Shown: positions 42,802 through 53,171 of the stretch, one piece after another
Numbering within the stretch: the stretch's first letter is position 1
How the letters are laid out: every line of letters starts with the position of its first letter
NCBI GenBank assembly: GCA_965205265.1
Contig: CBDBGH010000003.1
Location: 576,001-640,000 of the forward strand
DNA: 64,000 nucleotides
Direction: 5' to 3'
Origin: Alphaproteobacteria bacterium
Lineage (GTDB): Bacteria; Pseudomonadota; Alphaproteobacteria; Bin95
Program-made: the position numbers and the translations under genes
The notes under the pieces: model-generated
What the model was told of the DNA's origin: nothing
Database searches by the model: none
The model's input: the letters and a program-made list of their open reading frames with translations, nothing else

Positions 42802-43030
42802 GACCGTTTGAGAATGGCGTCTATACGGGATCCGGTCCGGTTCCGTAATGCCCGAACGTCCCCCTTCGTCATGCCCGGACTTGTTCCGGGCATCCACTTT
42901 GGCCGCCGCAATGGCCCCCGAGGGAGATGCCCGGAACAAGTCCGGGCATGACGGGAAAAGGATCGGGGTAACGCCTTCGGTCCTGCCTCGAACCCCCCGG
43001 ATACCGTAAATGGTCAATTCTCAAACGGTC
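42802..43030. repeat. MITE-like element A containing a REP-like hairpin
   Basis: 14-bp TIR GACCGTTTGAGAAT; internal 28-bp perfect IR at 42867-42953. Confidence 0.75.
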
Positions 43031-43049
43031 GCTGAGAGGGGCTCGCAGC

Positions 43050-43187
43050 TCAGGGAATCAGCTTGGCGGCGGCAATCGTTATGCCGGCAATTGCGATAGC
43101 GATGGCATAGAGCCTGTAGGTCAAGCGCCGTTCGAATTCTGCGAGGTCCGCCTTCGTCGCGGGGTCTTCCAACCCTACTTGAGTCAC
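43050..43187 (-). CDS. 45-aa coiled-coil/tail-anchored peptide (resembles the DUF1640 C-terminus)
   Basis: GAGGA RBS and GTG; ATKADL..FERRLT plus hydrophobic tail. Confidence 0.5.
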   Translation of the reverse strand: MTQVGLEDPATKADLAEFERRLTYRLYAIAIAIAGITIAAAKLIP

Positions 43188-43198
43188 TGTCCTCTTTT

Positions 43199-44881
43199 CT
43201 ACCCCCGCGTGAGCGGTTTGTAGCGGATGCGGTGGGGGTTGTCGGCTTCCGCACCGAGGCGGCGGCGGCGGTCGGCCTCGTAGTCGGCGTAATTGCCCTC
43301 GAACCACTCCACATGGCTGTCGCCCTCGAAGGCGAGGATGTGGGTCGCGATCCGGTCCAGGAACCAGCGGTCGTGGCTGATGACCAGCACCGAGCCGGCA
43401 AACGCCAGCAGCGCCTCCTCCAGCGAGCGCAGGGTCTCGACGTCGAGGTCGTTGGTCGGCTCGTCCAGCAGCAGCAGGTTGGCGCCGGACTTGAGCATCT
43501 TGGCGAGATGGACCCGGTTGCGCTCGCCGCCGGAGAGCGAGCCCACCTTCTTCTGCTGGTCCGGGCCCTTGAAGTTGAAGGTGGAGACATAGGCCCGGCT
43601 CGCCACCTCGCGCCCGCCGAGCGCAACCGTGTCGAGTCCGCCCGAAATCTCCTCCCAGACCGTCCTGTCGGGCGCAAGCGCCTCGCGGCTCTGGTCCACC
43701 GCGCCGATCTTCACCGTCTCGCCGACGCGCAGAACGCCGGCATCCGGCGCCTCCTCGCCGGTCAGCATGCGGAAGAGCGTCGTCTTGCCGGCGCCGTTCG
43801 GCCCGATCACACCGACAATGCCCGCGGGCGGCAGGCGGAAGGAAACGCCCTCCATCAGCAGCCGGTCGCCGAAGGCCTTGGCGACGCCCTTGGCCTCGAT
43901 CACCACATCGCCCAGCCTCGGCCCCGGCGGAATGACGATCTCGGCCGTGTCGAGCGCCCGGCGCTGGCCCTCGGCCAGCAACTCCTCATAGGCCCGGAGC
44001 CGCGCCCGGCTCTTGGCCTGCCGGGCGCGCGGGCTCTGGCGGACCCATTCCAGCTCGCGCTGCAGCACCTTGCGCCGCGCGCTCTCCTGCTTCTCCTCCA
44101 GCGCGAGGCGGCGCTCCTTCTGCTCCAGCCAGGAGGAGTAGTTGCCCTCGAACGGCACGCCGCGACCGCGGTCCAGCTCCAGGATCCAGCCGGCGACATT
44201 GTCGAGGAAGTAGCGGTCATGGGTGACGGCCACCACCGTGCCTTCGTATTGCTCCAGGAAGCGCTCCAGCCAGGCGACGCTCTCCGCGTCCAGATGGTTG
44301 GTCGGCTCGTCCAGCAACAGCAGGTCGGGCCGCGAGAGCAGCAGGCGGCAGAGCGCGACCCGCCGCCTCTCGCCGCCGGAGAGCCGGCTTGTGTCGGCGT
44401 CGCCGGGCGGGCAGCGCAGCGCATCCATCGCGATTTCGACCGTGCGCTCCAGCTCCCAGCCGTTGGCCGCGTCGATCCGCTCCTGCAGTTCGCCCTGCTC
44501 CTCGATCAGCGCGTCCATCTCGTCGGCGGTCAGCTCCTCGGCGAAACGCGCGCTCACTTCGTTGAAGCGCTCCAGCAGCCGGGCCGTCTCCGCCACGCCC
44601 TGCATGACATTGCCCATCACGTCGCGGCCGGGGTCGAGCTCCGGCTCCTGCGGCAGATAGCCGACCCGCGCGCCGTCCGCGGCCCGCGCCTCGCCATCGA
44701 ATTCGGTCTCGATGCCGGCCATGATGCGCATGAGCGTGGATTTGCCGGCCCCGTTCGGTCCGAGCACGCCGATCTTGGCGCCCGGCAGGAAGGCGAGGCG
44801 GATATTGTCGAGCACCTTGCGCCCGCCCGGATAAGCCTTGGCGAGCCCGTGCATTACATAGACATACCGGTAGGAAGCCAT
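43199..44881 (-). CDS. ettA: Energy-dependent translational throttle ABC-F protein
   Basis: Two ABC domains, [30 protein letters not shown]. Confidence 0.93.
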   Translation of the reverse strand: MASYRYVYVMHGLAKAYPGGRKVLDNIRLAFLPGAKIGVLGPNGAGKSTLMRIMAGIETEFDGEARAADGARVGYLPQEPELDPGRDVMGNVMQGVAETARLLERFNEVSARFAEELTADEMDALIEEQGELQERIDAANGWELERTVEIAMDALRCPPGDADTSRLSGGERRRVALCRLLLSRPDLLLLDEPTNHLDAESVAWLERFLEQYEGTVVAVTHDRYFLDNVAGWILELDRGRGVPFEGNYSSWLEQKERRLALEEKQESARRKVLQRELEWVRQSPRARQAKSRARLRAYEELLAEGQRRALDTAEIVIPPGPRLGDVVIEAKGVAKAFGDRLLMEGVSFRLPPAGIVGVIGPNGAGKTTLFRMLTGEEAPDAGVLRVGETVKIGAVDQSREALAPDRTVWEEISGGLDTVALGGREVASRAYVSTFNFKGPDQQKKVGSLSGGERNRVHLAKMLKSGANLLLLDEPTNDLDVETLRSLEEALLAFAGSVLVISHDRWFLDRIATHILAFEGDSHVEWFEGNYADYEADRRRRLGAEADNPHRIRYKPLTRG

Positions 44882-44950
44882 GGCGCCGCTCATACCCCGC
44901 CGCCGGCTTCGCTGCAACGCGCCGGCGGCGACGGGCTATACTCCGGCGCG

Positions 44951-45388
44951 ATGCAGGAGAGGAGATGGGTCATGGATCTCCCGTTCGGCGGCGGCTGCGC
45001 GTGCGGCACCATACGCTACGAATGTTCCGGCGCGCCGGTCTATATGGGTAACTGCCACTGCCGGGACTGCCAGCAGGCCACGGGCAGCGCCTTTTTCCCG
45101 GCTGTGGCGGTCCGGGAGCGGGAGTTCAGCCTGCTCGGCGGCGCGCCCGCCTGGTTCGAAAGGCCCGCGGACCGGGGCCACCCCATGCGCCGCGCCTTCT
45201 GCCCCGAATGCGGCTCCCCGGTGTTCCTGATAAACGGGGCGTCCGAGTCGGTGCGGGTGCTCTATGCGGGAAGCCTCGACGATCCGGGCTGGTACCGGCC
45301 GAGCCGGGACATCTTCGTGGGCAGCGCGCAGCCCTGGTGCCCGATGGACCCCGGCCTCCCCAAGGACAGGGGCATGCCGGGAGGATAA
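44951..45388 (+). CDS. GFA (CENP-V/DUF636) family protein
   Basis: GGCACG, CHCRDCQ, FCPECGS. Confidence 0.88.
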   Translation: MQERRWVMDLPFGGGCACGTIRYECSGAPVYMGNCHCRDCQQATGSAFFPAVAVREREFSLLGGAPAWFERPADRGHPMRRAFCPECGSPVFLINGASESVRVLYAGSLDDPGWYRPSRDIFVGSAQPWCPMDPGLPKDRGMPGG

Positions 45389-45397
45389 GCCCGGCCC

Positions 45398-45850
45398 TCA
45401 GGCGGCCCTCGCCCGCTGGCGCTCCAGGCCGCGGGCGAAATTGTCGAGCGTGATCTTGCGGTCGAGCGTGAGGTCCTCGCGGAGGATGTCATAGACGTCG
45501 CCCTCCACCGCCTGCATGGAGAGCAGGATGATCGCGCCCTCCGGCCCGCCGCCCTCGACATGGGTCTCGTCGCCCCGGTTTTCGGAGAAGGTCCCGGCCG
45601 GGCGGATGTCGGGCGCTCCCGGCGCGCCGTCCGGCCCCGGCCTGTAGATGCGGTGCTCGCCTTCGAGCACCAGCGTCTTGGTGACGCCGACATGAGTGTG
45701 CGGCACGCAGTTGGTGTCGGGATCGAACTTCATCAGCATATCGACCCGGTTCAGCTCCCGGTCCACGCTCAGGATCGAATAGTAGAGGCCCTCGAAGCCG
45801 TTGAACGGCGCCCAGTCGATGGCGCGGTCGTCGAACCTGTATGCGGTCAT
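45398..45850 (-). CDS. Cupin (ChrR-like) domain protein
   Basis: PHTH...TLVLEGE, ETH.E.GG.EGA. Confidence 0.75.
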   Translation of the reverse strand: MTAYRFDDRAIDWAPFNGFEGLYYSILSVDRELNRVDMLMKFDPDTNCVPHTHVGVTKTLVLEGEHRIYRPGPDGAPGAPDIRPAGTFSENRGDETHVEGGGPEGAIILLSMQAVEGDVYDILREDLTLDRKITLDNFARGLERQRARAA

Positions 45851-46012
45851 GGCAAGCTGTCTCTGCTGGCGGGGAATCTCCCGACAATAGAGCGCAGGAA
45901 CGGCCCAAAAGGAAGGGCGGCGCGGGTGTCCGGACGCAACGCGGGGCCGAAACCGCAGCGGGAGGTGCGGGCTAGTGCAGTGTCCGTTCATGTTGAACCG
46001 GAGCGGCAGCCG

Positions 46013-46162
46013 CCCTTCGATACGCGCCCGCTGGCGCGGGCGCTACTCAGGGTGAGGGACAGGAGGAAGCGGTGCGGGGCTGCTCAGGGTGAGGGAAAGA
46101 AGGAAGGCAGAGCTCCGAAAATTCCCTCATCCCGAGTAGCGGCGCCAGCCGCGTATCGAGGG
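46013..46162. repeat. Intergenic palindromic element
   Basis: CCCTTCGATACGCG..CTACTCAGGGTGAGG and its near reverse complement CCTCATCCCGAGTAG..CGCGTATCGAGGG. Confidence 0.65.
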
Positions 46163-46200
46163 ACGGCTCGATTTCCGTTTCAGACTGAACGGGTCCCGCT

Positions 46201-46443
46201 CTAAAGGGAGGCGTTCCGCAGGGGCTCCGCGTCCCGCGTCGGCAGGTCATCGTCTTCCAGCCCCGAGGCGAGCAGCAAATGCCCGAATGACGGGACGCGG
46301 CTAAGGCGGTTCCATTCGTCGATTCCCACGAGGACCGCCCGGGGCTTGCCGCGGCTGGCGATGATGGAGCCTTCACCCCGCGCCGCATCTTCGACCAAGG
46401 ACGACAAGGCAGCCCGTGCCTCACGCAACCGAATCAATCGCAT
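46201..46443 (-). CDS. Phd/YefM-family antitoxin
   Basis: LREARAALSSLVEDAARGE..II..RGKPRAVLV. Confidence 0.8.
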   Translation of the reverse strand: MRLIRLREARAALSSLVEDAARGEGSIIASRGKPRAVLVGIDEWNRLSRVPSFGHLLLASGLEDDDLPTRDAEPLRNASL

Positions 46444-46598
46444 AGCGGTCCTTTCGTGACAGATACGGCGACGCTAAAGGAAAGTTTGGGCGCTGAGCAA
46501 CGCCCGTTCCACCGTCCGCCGGCAAAGTGCCGTGCCTGTGGACCGAACCGGCCCGGCGCGCGACCATGCCTCCTGCGCTGCTGCGCCGGGGGGTGTCG

Positions 46599-47129
46599 AT
46601 GCCCGAGAGAATGGGTTTCCTGCTGAAGCCGCTGGCCATGCTGTCGCTCCTGTTTTCGGGGGCGATGTTCGGCTTCTTCTTCGCCTGGGTGTGCTCGACC
46701 ATGTGGGGGCTGGACGCGGCGGACCCCAATACTGCCATCGCCGCCATGCAGGCCATGAATGCGAGCGTGCGCAACTGGGTCTTCGCGCCGGCCTTCTTCG
46801 GCACGCCCGTGCTGCTGATCTTCACGGCGCTGGCCGCCCTGAGGGCCGGGGAGCGGCGGGCCGCAACCGGCTTCGCGCTTGCCGGCCTCCTCTATGTGCT
46901 GGGCGCGATGGTTCCGACGATGACCGTCAACGTGCCGTTGAACGAGGCGCTGGCGCTGGTGGAGACGCCGCTCGGCGCTGCAGAAGCCGGCGATGCGTGG
47001 CGGGCCTATTCCGGGCCCTGGCAGGCCTGGAACGCCGTTCGCGCCGTGGCCGCCGGCTTCGTCCTCGCGCTGGCGGGCTGGAGCCTCCGGGGCGCGGGCG
47101 CCTGTCCGGTCAGGCGCGCCGGCGGATGA
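46599..47129 (+). CDS. DUF1772/anthrone oxygenase-family membrane protein
   Basis: AMQAMN, NVPLNEAL, W.AWNAVR; four hydrophobic segments. Confidence 0.82.
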   Translation: MPERMGFLLKPLAMLSLLFSGAMFGFFFAWVCSTMWGLDAADPNTAIAAMQAMNASVRNWVFAPAFFGTPVLLIFTALAALRAGERRAATGFALAGLLYVLGAMVPTMTVNVPLNEALALVETPLGAAEAGDAWRAYSGPWQAWNAVRAVAAGFVLALAGWSLRGAGACPVRRAGG

Positions 47130-47958
47130 GCCAGACGCCGGCCATGGTGAGCGCGAAGCCGGGCCACATGGCGGCCGGAAGGTCCTCGCCGAGAAAGGTC
47201 CAGGCGAGCAGCGCGGTCACCCCCGGCACCAAGTAGAAGTTGGATGCGGCGCGGCCGGCCTCGCCCTGGCGCAGCATGTAGAGCAGCAGCGCCATGGCGC
47301 CGAGCGAGACGCCGAAGGTGAGATAGGCGAGCGCGGCCACCATGCCGGGCGTCCAGACGGCGTGCGGCGTCTCGAACGCCCAGGTGAACGCCCATGCCGC
47401 GGCCGCCGCCGAGGCAAGCTGCACCGTATTGGCCCCGATGAGCGGCGCGTCGCGGCAGAAGCGCGCATGGTAGAGCGTGCCGGCGGTGAGCGCGGCGATG
47501 GAGCCGACGGCCCAGGCGATGCCAGCAGGCCGGCCGAGGTCGAAGGCGCCGATGCCCGCCACCAGCGCGACGCCGCCCGCGCCCAGCAGGAAGCCGGCCC
47601 ACTGCCGGCCCCGGAAGCGTTCGCCGAGCAGGGGGCCGGCCATGAGCGCCGTCGCAATCGGGTGCAGCGCGCCGATCAGCGCCATGGTGGCGCCGCGGAT
47701 TTCGGTCATGGCGAGATAGGCGCCGCCCAGATAGACGGCGTTGATGACGGCGCCCGACAACGCCAGATGGGCCAGCCCGGAGAGGCCCGGCCGCCAGTTC
47801 CGCACGACGAACGCCGCAGCGAGCGCCAGCACTGCCGCGGCGACGGTGAAGCGGATCGCCAGAAAGTAGAACGGCGTGATGTCCGGCAGGCCGGCGCGGA
47901 CTGCGACGAACGCGCCGGACCAGATCAGGACGAAGAGGAACGGGGCGAAGCGGGTCAG
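47110..47958 (-). CDS. DMT/EamA-family transporter
   Basis: FVLIWSG.F, FLAIRF, LLGER, FYLVPG...LGE; start uncertain (CTG 47958). Confidence 0.85.
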   Translation of the reverse strand: MTRFAPFLFVLIWSGAFVAVRAGLPDITPFYFLAIRFTVAAAVLALAAAFVVRNWRPGLSGLAHLALSGAVINAVYLGGAYLAMTEIRGATMALIGALHPIATALMAGPLLGERFRGRQWAGFLLGAGGVALVAGIGAFDLGRPAGIAWAVGSIAALTAGTLYHARFCRDAPLIGANTVQLASAAAAAWAFTWAFETPHAVWTPGMVAALAYLTFGVSLGAMALLLYMLRQGEAGRAASNFYLVPGVTALLAWTFLGEDLPAAMWPGFALTMAGVWLIRRRA

Positions 47959-48716
47959 CTTGCGCTGTCCTCGATCACCTCGCCGCCGAGTTCCTCGACG
48001 CAGGCGTAGATTTCGGTTGCCGCCGCGTCGATGCGCGCGCGGTCCGCCCCGCGCACGACCAGCGCGACGCCGGTGCCCTTGTCGGTGTTGTAGAAGGGGT
48101 AGGAGCCGAGGTCGAGTTCCGGGAAGCGCTGCTGCACCGCGCCCAGACCCTTGGCCAGCACGCCCTCCACCAGCCGGGTCGAGAGCGACCGGGAATGGAT
48201 CACCGTGCCGCGCCGGAGCGAGGGTTTGGCGGCCTCGAACATGGACTGCATGATCTGCGGCACCCCGGCGAAGACGAACACGTTCTCCATGCGGAATCCG
48301 GGCGCGATGGACACGGCGTTGTCCACGAGCTCGGCGCCGACCGGCGTGATCGTCATGCGCTTGCGCGCCTCGGTGAATTCCTGGCCGCGCCGGTCGTACC
48401 ACTCCGCCATCCGGCGGTAGCTTTCGGGGTGGTAATGCCACTCCGTCCCGAAGGCGGCGGCGACGGATTCGGGCGTGATGTCGTCATGGGTCGGCCCGAT
48501 GCCGCCGGTGGTGAACACGTAGTCGTAGCGCGCCCTGAGCTCGTTGACGGCCCCGACGATCTCGTCGCGGATGTCGGGCACGATGCGCACTTCCGAGAGC
48601 TGGATGCCGATCTCGTTGAGGCCGTTGCCGAGAAAGGCGATGTTCCTGTCCTGGGTGCGGCCGGAGAGGATTTCGTTGCCGATGACGCAGAGTGCGGCGG
48701 TAACCGTGGGGGCCAT
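47955..48716 (-). CDS. CinA-like molybdopterin-binding domain protein
   Basis: IGNEILSGRT.D.N, TTGGIGPTHDDIT, AGVP. Confidence 0.9.
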   Translation of the reverse strand: MAPTVTAALCVIGNEILSGRTQDRNIAFLGNGLNEIGIQLSEVRIVPDIRDEIVGAVNELRARYDYVFTTGGIGPTHDDITPESVAAAFGTEWHYHPESYRRMAEWYDRRGQEFTEARKRMTITPVGAELVDNAVSIAPGFRMENVFVFAGVPQIMQSMFEAAKPSLRRGTVIHSRSLSTRLVEGVLAKGLGAVQQRFPELDLGSYPFYNTDKGTGVALVVRGADRARIDAAATEIYACVEELGGEVIEDSAS

Positions 48717-48848
48717 GGAAGTCGTCCTCGGGCGGCGGGCGGGCGGAGGATAGCCCCGCCGGGCGCGCTCTTGAAGACAGCGCGGCCCGCGAGCCGAAAT
48801 GCTATGCTTGGGGCGAGCCCTTTCCGCCAGCACCCTTCGGGAGCCTCG

Positions 48849-49667
48849 ATGCAGCTCAAGCGCCAACAGACCCGCCGCCGGGAAGACGAGATCGCGATCC
48901 ATACCGAAGACGACCTTGAGGCCATGCGCAAGGCCGGGCGGCTTGCGGCGGAAGTGCTGGACCATGTGACGCCGCACGTCGTGCCGGGCGCGACGACGGA
49001 GCATCTGAATACGGTCTGCCACGAGTTCATCCTCGCCGCCGGGGCCGTGCCGGCGCCGCTCAATTACAGGGGCTTCCCGAAGTCGATCTGCACGTCGATC
49101 AACCATGTCGTCTGCCACGGCATTCCAGGCCCCCGCCGGCTGCGCGACGGCGACATCATGAATATCGACATCACCGTCGTACTCGACGGCTGGTACGGCG
49201 ACACCAGCCGCATGTTCCTGGTCGGCGAGCGCGTCGGCGTGAAGGCGCGCCGGCTCGTCTCGGCCACGCATGAGGCCTTGATGCGCGGCATCGACACGGT
49301 CCGTCCGGGCGCGCATCTCGGCGATATCGGCCACGCCATCCAGGCCTATGTCGAGCCGATGGGCTTTTCCGTGGTGCGGGATTTCTGCGGCCACGGCCTC
49401 GGGCGGGAGTTCCACCAGCCGCCGAGCGTGCTGCATTACGGCCGGCCGGGCGACGGGCCGATGCTGCGGGAAGGCATGTTCTTCACCATCGAGCCGATGA
49501 TCAATGCCGGCCGGTTCCATGTGAAGATTCTCGCGGACAACTGGACGGCCGTCACCAAGGACAAGTCGCTCTCGGCCCAGTTCGAGCACACGGTCGCCGT
49601 GGTGCCGGACGGCGTGGAAGTGCTGACCTGTTCTCCGAAGGGGTGGGACAAGCCTCCCTATGCCTGA
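48849..49667 (+). CDS. map: Methionine aminopeptidase type I
   Basis: CTSINHVVCHGIP, DIT..DGWYGDTS, GHG, FTIEPMIN, AQFEHT. Confidence 0.95.
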   Translation: MQLKRQQTRRREDEIAIHTEDDLEAMRKAGRLAAEVLDHVTPHVVPGATTEHLNTVCHEFILAAGAVPAPLNYRGFPKSICTSINHVVCHGIPGPRRLRDGDIMNIDITVVLDGWYGDTSRMFLVGERVGVKARRLVSATHEALMRGIDTVRPGAHLGDIGHAIQAYVEPMGFSVVRDFCGHGLGREFHQPPSVLHYGRPGDGPMLREGMFFTIEPMINAGRFHVKILADNWTAVTKDKSLSAQFEHTVAVVPDGVEVLTCSPKGWDKPPYA

Positions 49668-50448
49668 CGAGCCTCGAAACGAGGGCGGCAGCAACGTCGT
49701 TCCGCTCTTCGGCTCGGCCGCGCCGGCCCGTCCGGAGCAGAGCAGGGCTCCGGAGGATGAGGAACGGCTGAAGAAACAGCAGAAAGGACACAGGCAGCGC
49801 CTGCGCCGGCATTTCCTGAAGAATCTGCGCGGCGACATCCGCATGCGGGATTACGAGTTGCTGGAGCTGCTGCTGTTCGGCGCCTATCCCCGGCGCGACG
49901 TGCAGCAGATCGCGAGGGACCTGATCGAGGCCTTCGGCTCGCTGGCGGGCGTGCTGGCCGCCGAACCGGCGGCGCTCCGCAAGGTCCGGGATGTGGGCGA
50001 GGCGGCCGTCTCGCTCATCAAGGTCGCCGAGGCGCTCGGGATCGAGCTTGCCCGCGAGGCCGCGCTCGCCGGCGAGATGCTGAACGACTACGACGCGCTC
50101 GCCGCCTATTGCCGCGCCCGCATGGGCCGACGACCGGTGGAGGAGTTCCATATCCTGTTCCTCGACAAGAGGAACCGCCTGATCCTGGACGAACGCCAGT
50201 CCAGCGGCACGATCGACCAGGCTCCGGCCTATCCCCGCGAAGTCTGCCGCCGGGCGCTCGATGTCGGCGCGGCCTCCATCATCCTGGTCCACAACCATCC
50301 AAGCGGCGACCCGACCCCGTCCGCGGCCGATGTCGAGCTCACCCGGCGCATCCAGGCGGCTGCGAAGACGCTCAATATCTCCGTGTTCGACCATCTGGTG
50401 GTCACGCGCGGCCAGATCCTGAGTTTCCGGTCCAGGGGCCTGCTCTGA
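49660..50448 (+). CDS. radC: RadC (JAB domain) protein
   Basis: GHRQRLR, DYELLELLL, HNHPSGDPTPS..D, DHLVV. Confidence 0.93.
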   Translation: MPDEPRNEGGSNVVPLFGSAAPARPEQSRAPEDEERLKKQQKGHRQRLRRHFLKNLRGDIRMRDYELLELLLFGAYPRRDVQQIARDLIEAFGSLAGVLAAEPAALRKVRDVGEAAVSLIKVAEALGIELAREAALAGEMLNDYDALAAYCRARMGRRPVEEFHILFLDKRNRLILDERQSSGTIDQAPAYPREVCRRALDVGAASIILVHNHPSGDPTPSAADVELTRRIQAAAKTLNISVFDHLVVTRGQILSFRSRGLL

Positions 50449-50450
50449 GA

Positions 50451-50752
50451 GACCGTTTGAGAACAGTGTCTATGCAAGATCCGATACGGTTCTTTCATGC
50501 CCGAACGCCTCCCCGCGTCATGCCCGGACTTGTTTCATTGTTGTCCGGTTCAGGATTTACAGGCAGGACGCATGGCTTGGATTCAACCGGATTTCGAGGG
50601 GTTCGGCGGGATCGGGACCCGGATCGAAACCCGGCGGCCCGCCCCCTAACCCTTCGGCGGACTCCCGTTCAGCCTCGCCCAACGGCTAAACCGGACAGCA
50701 ACGGAACAAGTCCGGGTATGACGCTGGAGAGAAGGCGCGAAGCCTCGCAAAC
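50451..50752. repeat. Nested repeat: MITE A > REP-like hairpin > MITE B
   Basis: GACCGTTTGAGAA start as at 42802; REP arms 50516-50535 and 50704-50723 enclose 50536-50703, homologous to 60222-60584; right end degenerate. Confidence 0.7.
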
Positions 50753-50793
50753 CTGCCGTCAACCTGTCTATATAGGCCCCAAAGATTGCGACA

Positions 50794-51075
50794 ATGAGAG
50801 AATACGTTCCTGTCACATCCGGGAAAGGCTGCCCAGCCGCAAACTCGACCCCGACGGACAAGCTTCCGACTTATCGAAAGCCGAAGCTTGAACGACTCCG
50901 GTGCGAGGTTCGGATTGGACTTGCCGATCTGGAGGCAGGCAGGGTTGTAGACGGCAGTCAAGCATTCGAGGCTATCCGGCACGAACTTGGTGAACGACTT
51001 GCTGCGTCGATGGTTCGTAGCCTGCGCCGGCGGCTCGGAGCCCTCGGTGCGCGGTTGCTCCCCCGGCGCTGGTAA
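50794..51075 (+). pseudogene. Possible ParD-like antitoxin remnant
   Basis: KLERLRCEVRIGLADLEAGRVVDG resembles antitoxin C-termini; no DNA-binding N-terminus or toxin seen. Confidence 0.4.
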
Positions 51076-51091
51076 GGAAGAGGCGGCGGAG

Positions 51092-51790
51092 ATGTTGCGC
51101 CTGTTCGTCGATGCCGATCTCCGCGAGGGAGCGTCCGTTCCGTTGGACGGCGGGCAGGCGGCGTGGCTCGGCCGCGTGATGCGGCGGCGGGCGGGCGAGC
51201 GGCTTGCGCTCTTCAACGGCCGGGACGGGGAGTGGGAAGCGGAGATCGCGGCGCTGGAGCGCGGCTCGGGACGGGCGGCCGTGCTGCGGCGGCTTCGTCC
51301 CCAGGCCGCGTCGCCCGATATCTGGCTCGCCTTCGCCCCGGCCAAGCGCGGCATGGCGGACCTCGCCGTGCGCCAGGCGACGGAGCTCGGCGCCGCGCGC
51401 ATTCTGCCTGTCGTAACGGAGCGCAGCGTGGTGGACCGGCTCAATCCCGAACGCCTCGGCCGCATCGCCGTCGAGGCGGCGGAACAGTGCGGGCGGCTCG
51501 ATGTGCCGGCCGTCGCGCCGCTCGCTGCCCTGCGAGACCTGCTGGCGGCATGGCCGGCGGAGCGGCCGCTCGCGGCCTGCCATCCGGGCGGCGGCGCGAT
51601 GCGGGACGGACCCCCGCCCGGCGGCTTTTTGCTCGGGCCGGAAGGCGGCTTTGCAGCGGCGGAACTTGACGCTTTGGCCGAAACCGGTTTCGTTCGCCTG
51701 GTCGATCTCGGCCCGCGAATCCTGCGGGCGGAAACGGCGGTCGTGGCCGCGCTCTCCATGCGGCAGGCGATTTGGGGAGACGGAGCGTGA
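51092..51790 (+). CDS. rsmE: 16S rRNA m3U1498 methyltransferase
   Basis: QATELG, EAAEQCGR, GPEGGF, LGPRILRAETA. Confidence 0.93.
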   Translation: MLRLFVDADLREGASVPLDGGQAAWLGRVMRRRAGERLALFNGRDGEWEAEIAALERGSGRAAVLRRLRPQAASPDIWLAFAPAKRGMADLAVRQATELGAARILPVVTERSVVDRLNPERLGRIAVEAAEQCGRLDVPAVAPLAALRDLLAAWPAERPLAACHPGGGAMRDGPPPGGFLLGPEGGFAAAELDALAETGFVRLVDLGPRILRAETAVVAALSMRQAIWGDGA

Positions 51791-51806
51791 GGCGAGGGAG
51801 CGGCCG

Positions 51807-53171
51807 ATGGCGGCGGTGGCGGTAGAAGCGGAAGGCGCGATAGAGGACCGCCGCGAGCTCGTGGAATGGTTCGAGCAGGGCTGCAAGCCGCCGGAGGACT
51901 GGCGCTGCGGCACCGAGCACGAGAAATTCGTCTTCCGGCGGTCGGACCTTACCCGCCCCGGCTATGACGGCCCGGACGGCATCGGCGAACTGCTGCGCCG
52001 GCTGGAAGCGTTCGGCTGGAAGCCAAAGCGCGAGGCCGGCAAGACCATCGCGCTTGCCATGGATGCGGCCAGCATCACCCTGGAGCCGGGCGGGCAGTTC
52101 GAGCTTTCCGGCGCGCCGCTGGAGACCGTCCACCAGACCTGCGACGAGGTGCACGACCACCTCGACCAGTGCCGGCAGGTGGGCGACGCGATGGGGCTCG
52201 GCTTCCTCGGCCTCGGCTTCGACCCGAAATGGCGCCGGGAGGACATTCCCTGGATGCCGAAGGGCCGCTACGCCGTGATGCGCCGCTACATGCCGACGGT
52301 CGGCTCGCTCGGCCTCGACATGATGCTCAGGACCTGCACCGTGCAGGTGAACCTCGACTATACCGACGAAGCCGACATGGTGGACAAGTTCCGCCTGTCG
52401 CTTGCGCTCCAGCCGCTGACGACCGTGCTGTTCGCCGACTCGCCCTTCAAGGAGGGCAGGCCGACGGACCATGTGAGCCTCCGCTCGCATGTCTGGACGG
52501 ACACCGACCCTGACCGCTGCGGCATGCTGGGCTTCGTCTTCGAGGAGGGCTTCGGCTTCGAGCGCTACGCCGAATATTGCCTCGATGTGCCGATGTATTT
52601 CGTCTATCGCGACGGCCGCTATATCGACGTGGCGGGCCGGTCGTTCCGCGATTTCCTCGAAGGGCGGCTGCCGGAGCTGCCGGGCGAGCGCCCGCATATC
52701 GGCGACTGGTCGGACCATGTGACGACCGCCTTCCCGGAAGTGCGGATGAAACGCTATCTGGAGCTGCGCGGCGCGGACGGTGGACCGTGGGGGCGCCTCT
52801 GCGGGCTGCCGGCGCTCTGGATCGGCCTGCTTTACGACGGCGCGGCGCGGGCCGCCGGCTGGGACCTCTGCAAGCACTGGACGGACGAGGAGCGCGAACG
52901 GCTGCGCGCCGAGGCGCCGCGCATCGGCTTCGCCGCCGAGGTCGGGGGCCGCTCGCTCCGCGACATCGCGAAGGACATGGTCGCCATCGCCCGGCAGGGG
53001 CTGAAGGCGCGCGCGCGTCTCGACGGGGCCGGCAATGACGAGACCGGCTTCCTCTCCGACCTGGAGGAGATCGCGGAAAGCGGCATCACCGCCGCCGAAC
53101 GCAAGCGCGCGCTGTTCGAGGGCCGCTGGGGCGGCAGGGTCGAGCCCGTATTCGAGGAGTTCGCATATTGA
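51807..53171 (+). CDS. gshA: Glutamate-cysteine ligase (alphaproteobacterial/plant type)
   Basis: GTEHEKF, LEPGGQFELSG, WMPKGRY, TCTVQVNLD, FPEVRMK. Confidence 0.93.
   Translation: MAAVAVEAEGAIEDRRELVEWFEQGCKPPEDWRCGTEHEKFVFRRSDLTRPGYDGPDGIGELLRRLEAFGWKPKREAGKTIALAMDAASITLEPGGQFELSGAPLETVHQTCDEVHDHLDQCRQVGDAMGLGFLGLGFDPKWRREDIPWMPKGRYAVMRRYMPTVGSLGLDMMLRTCTVQVNLDYTDEADMVDKFRLSLALQPLTTVLFADSPFKEGRPTDHVSLRSHVWTDTDPDRCGMLGFVFEEGFGFERYAEYCLDVPMYFVYRDGRYIDVAGRSFRDFLEGRLPELPGERPHIGDWSDHVTTAFPEVRMKRYLELRGADGGPWGRLCGLPALWIGLLYDGAARAAGWDLCKHWTDEERERLRAEAPRIGFAAEVGGRSLRDIAKDMVAIARQGLKARARLDGAGNDETGFLSDLEEIAESGITAAERKRALFEGRWGGRVEPVFEEFAY

Noticed and set aside
49660-50448. radC as a mobile-element or anti-defence marker
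   Set aside because: Full-length form next to map in a housekeeping context
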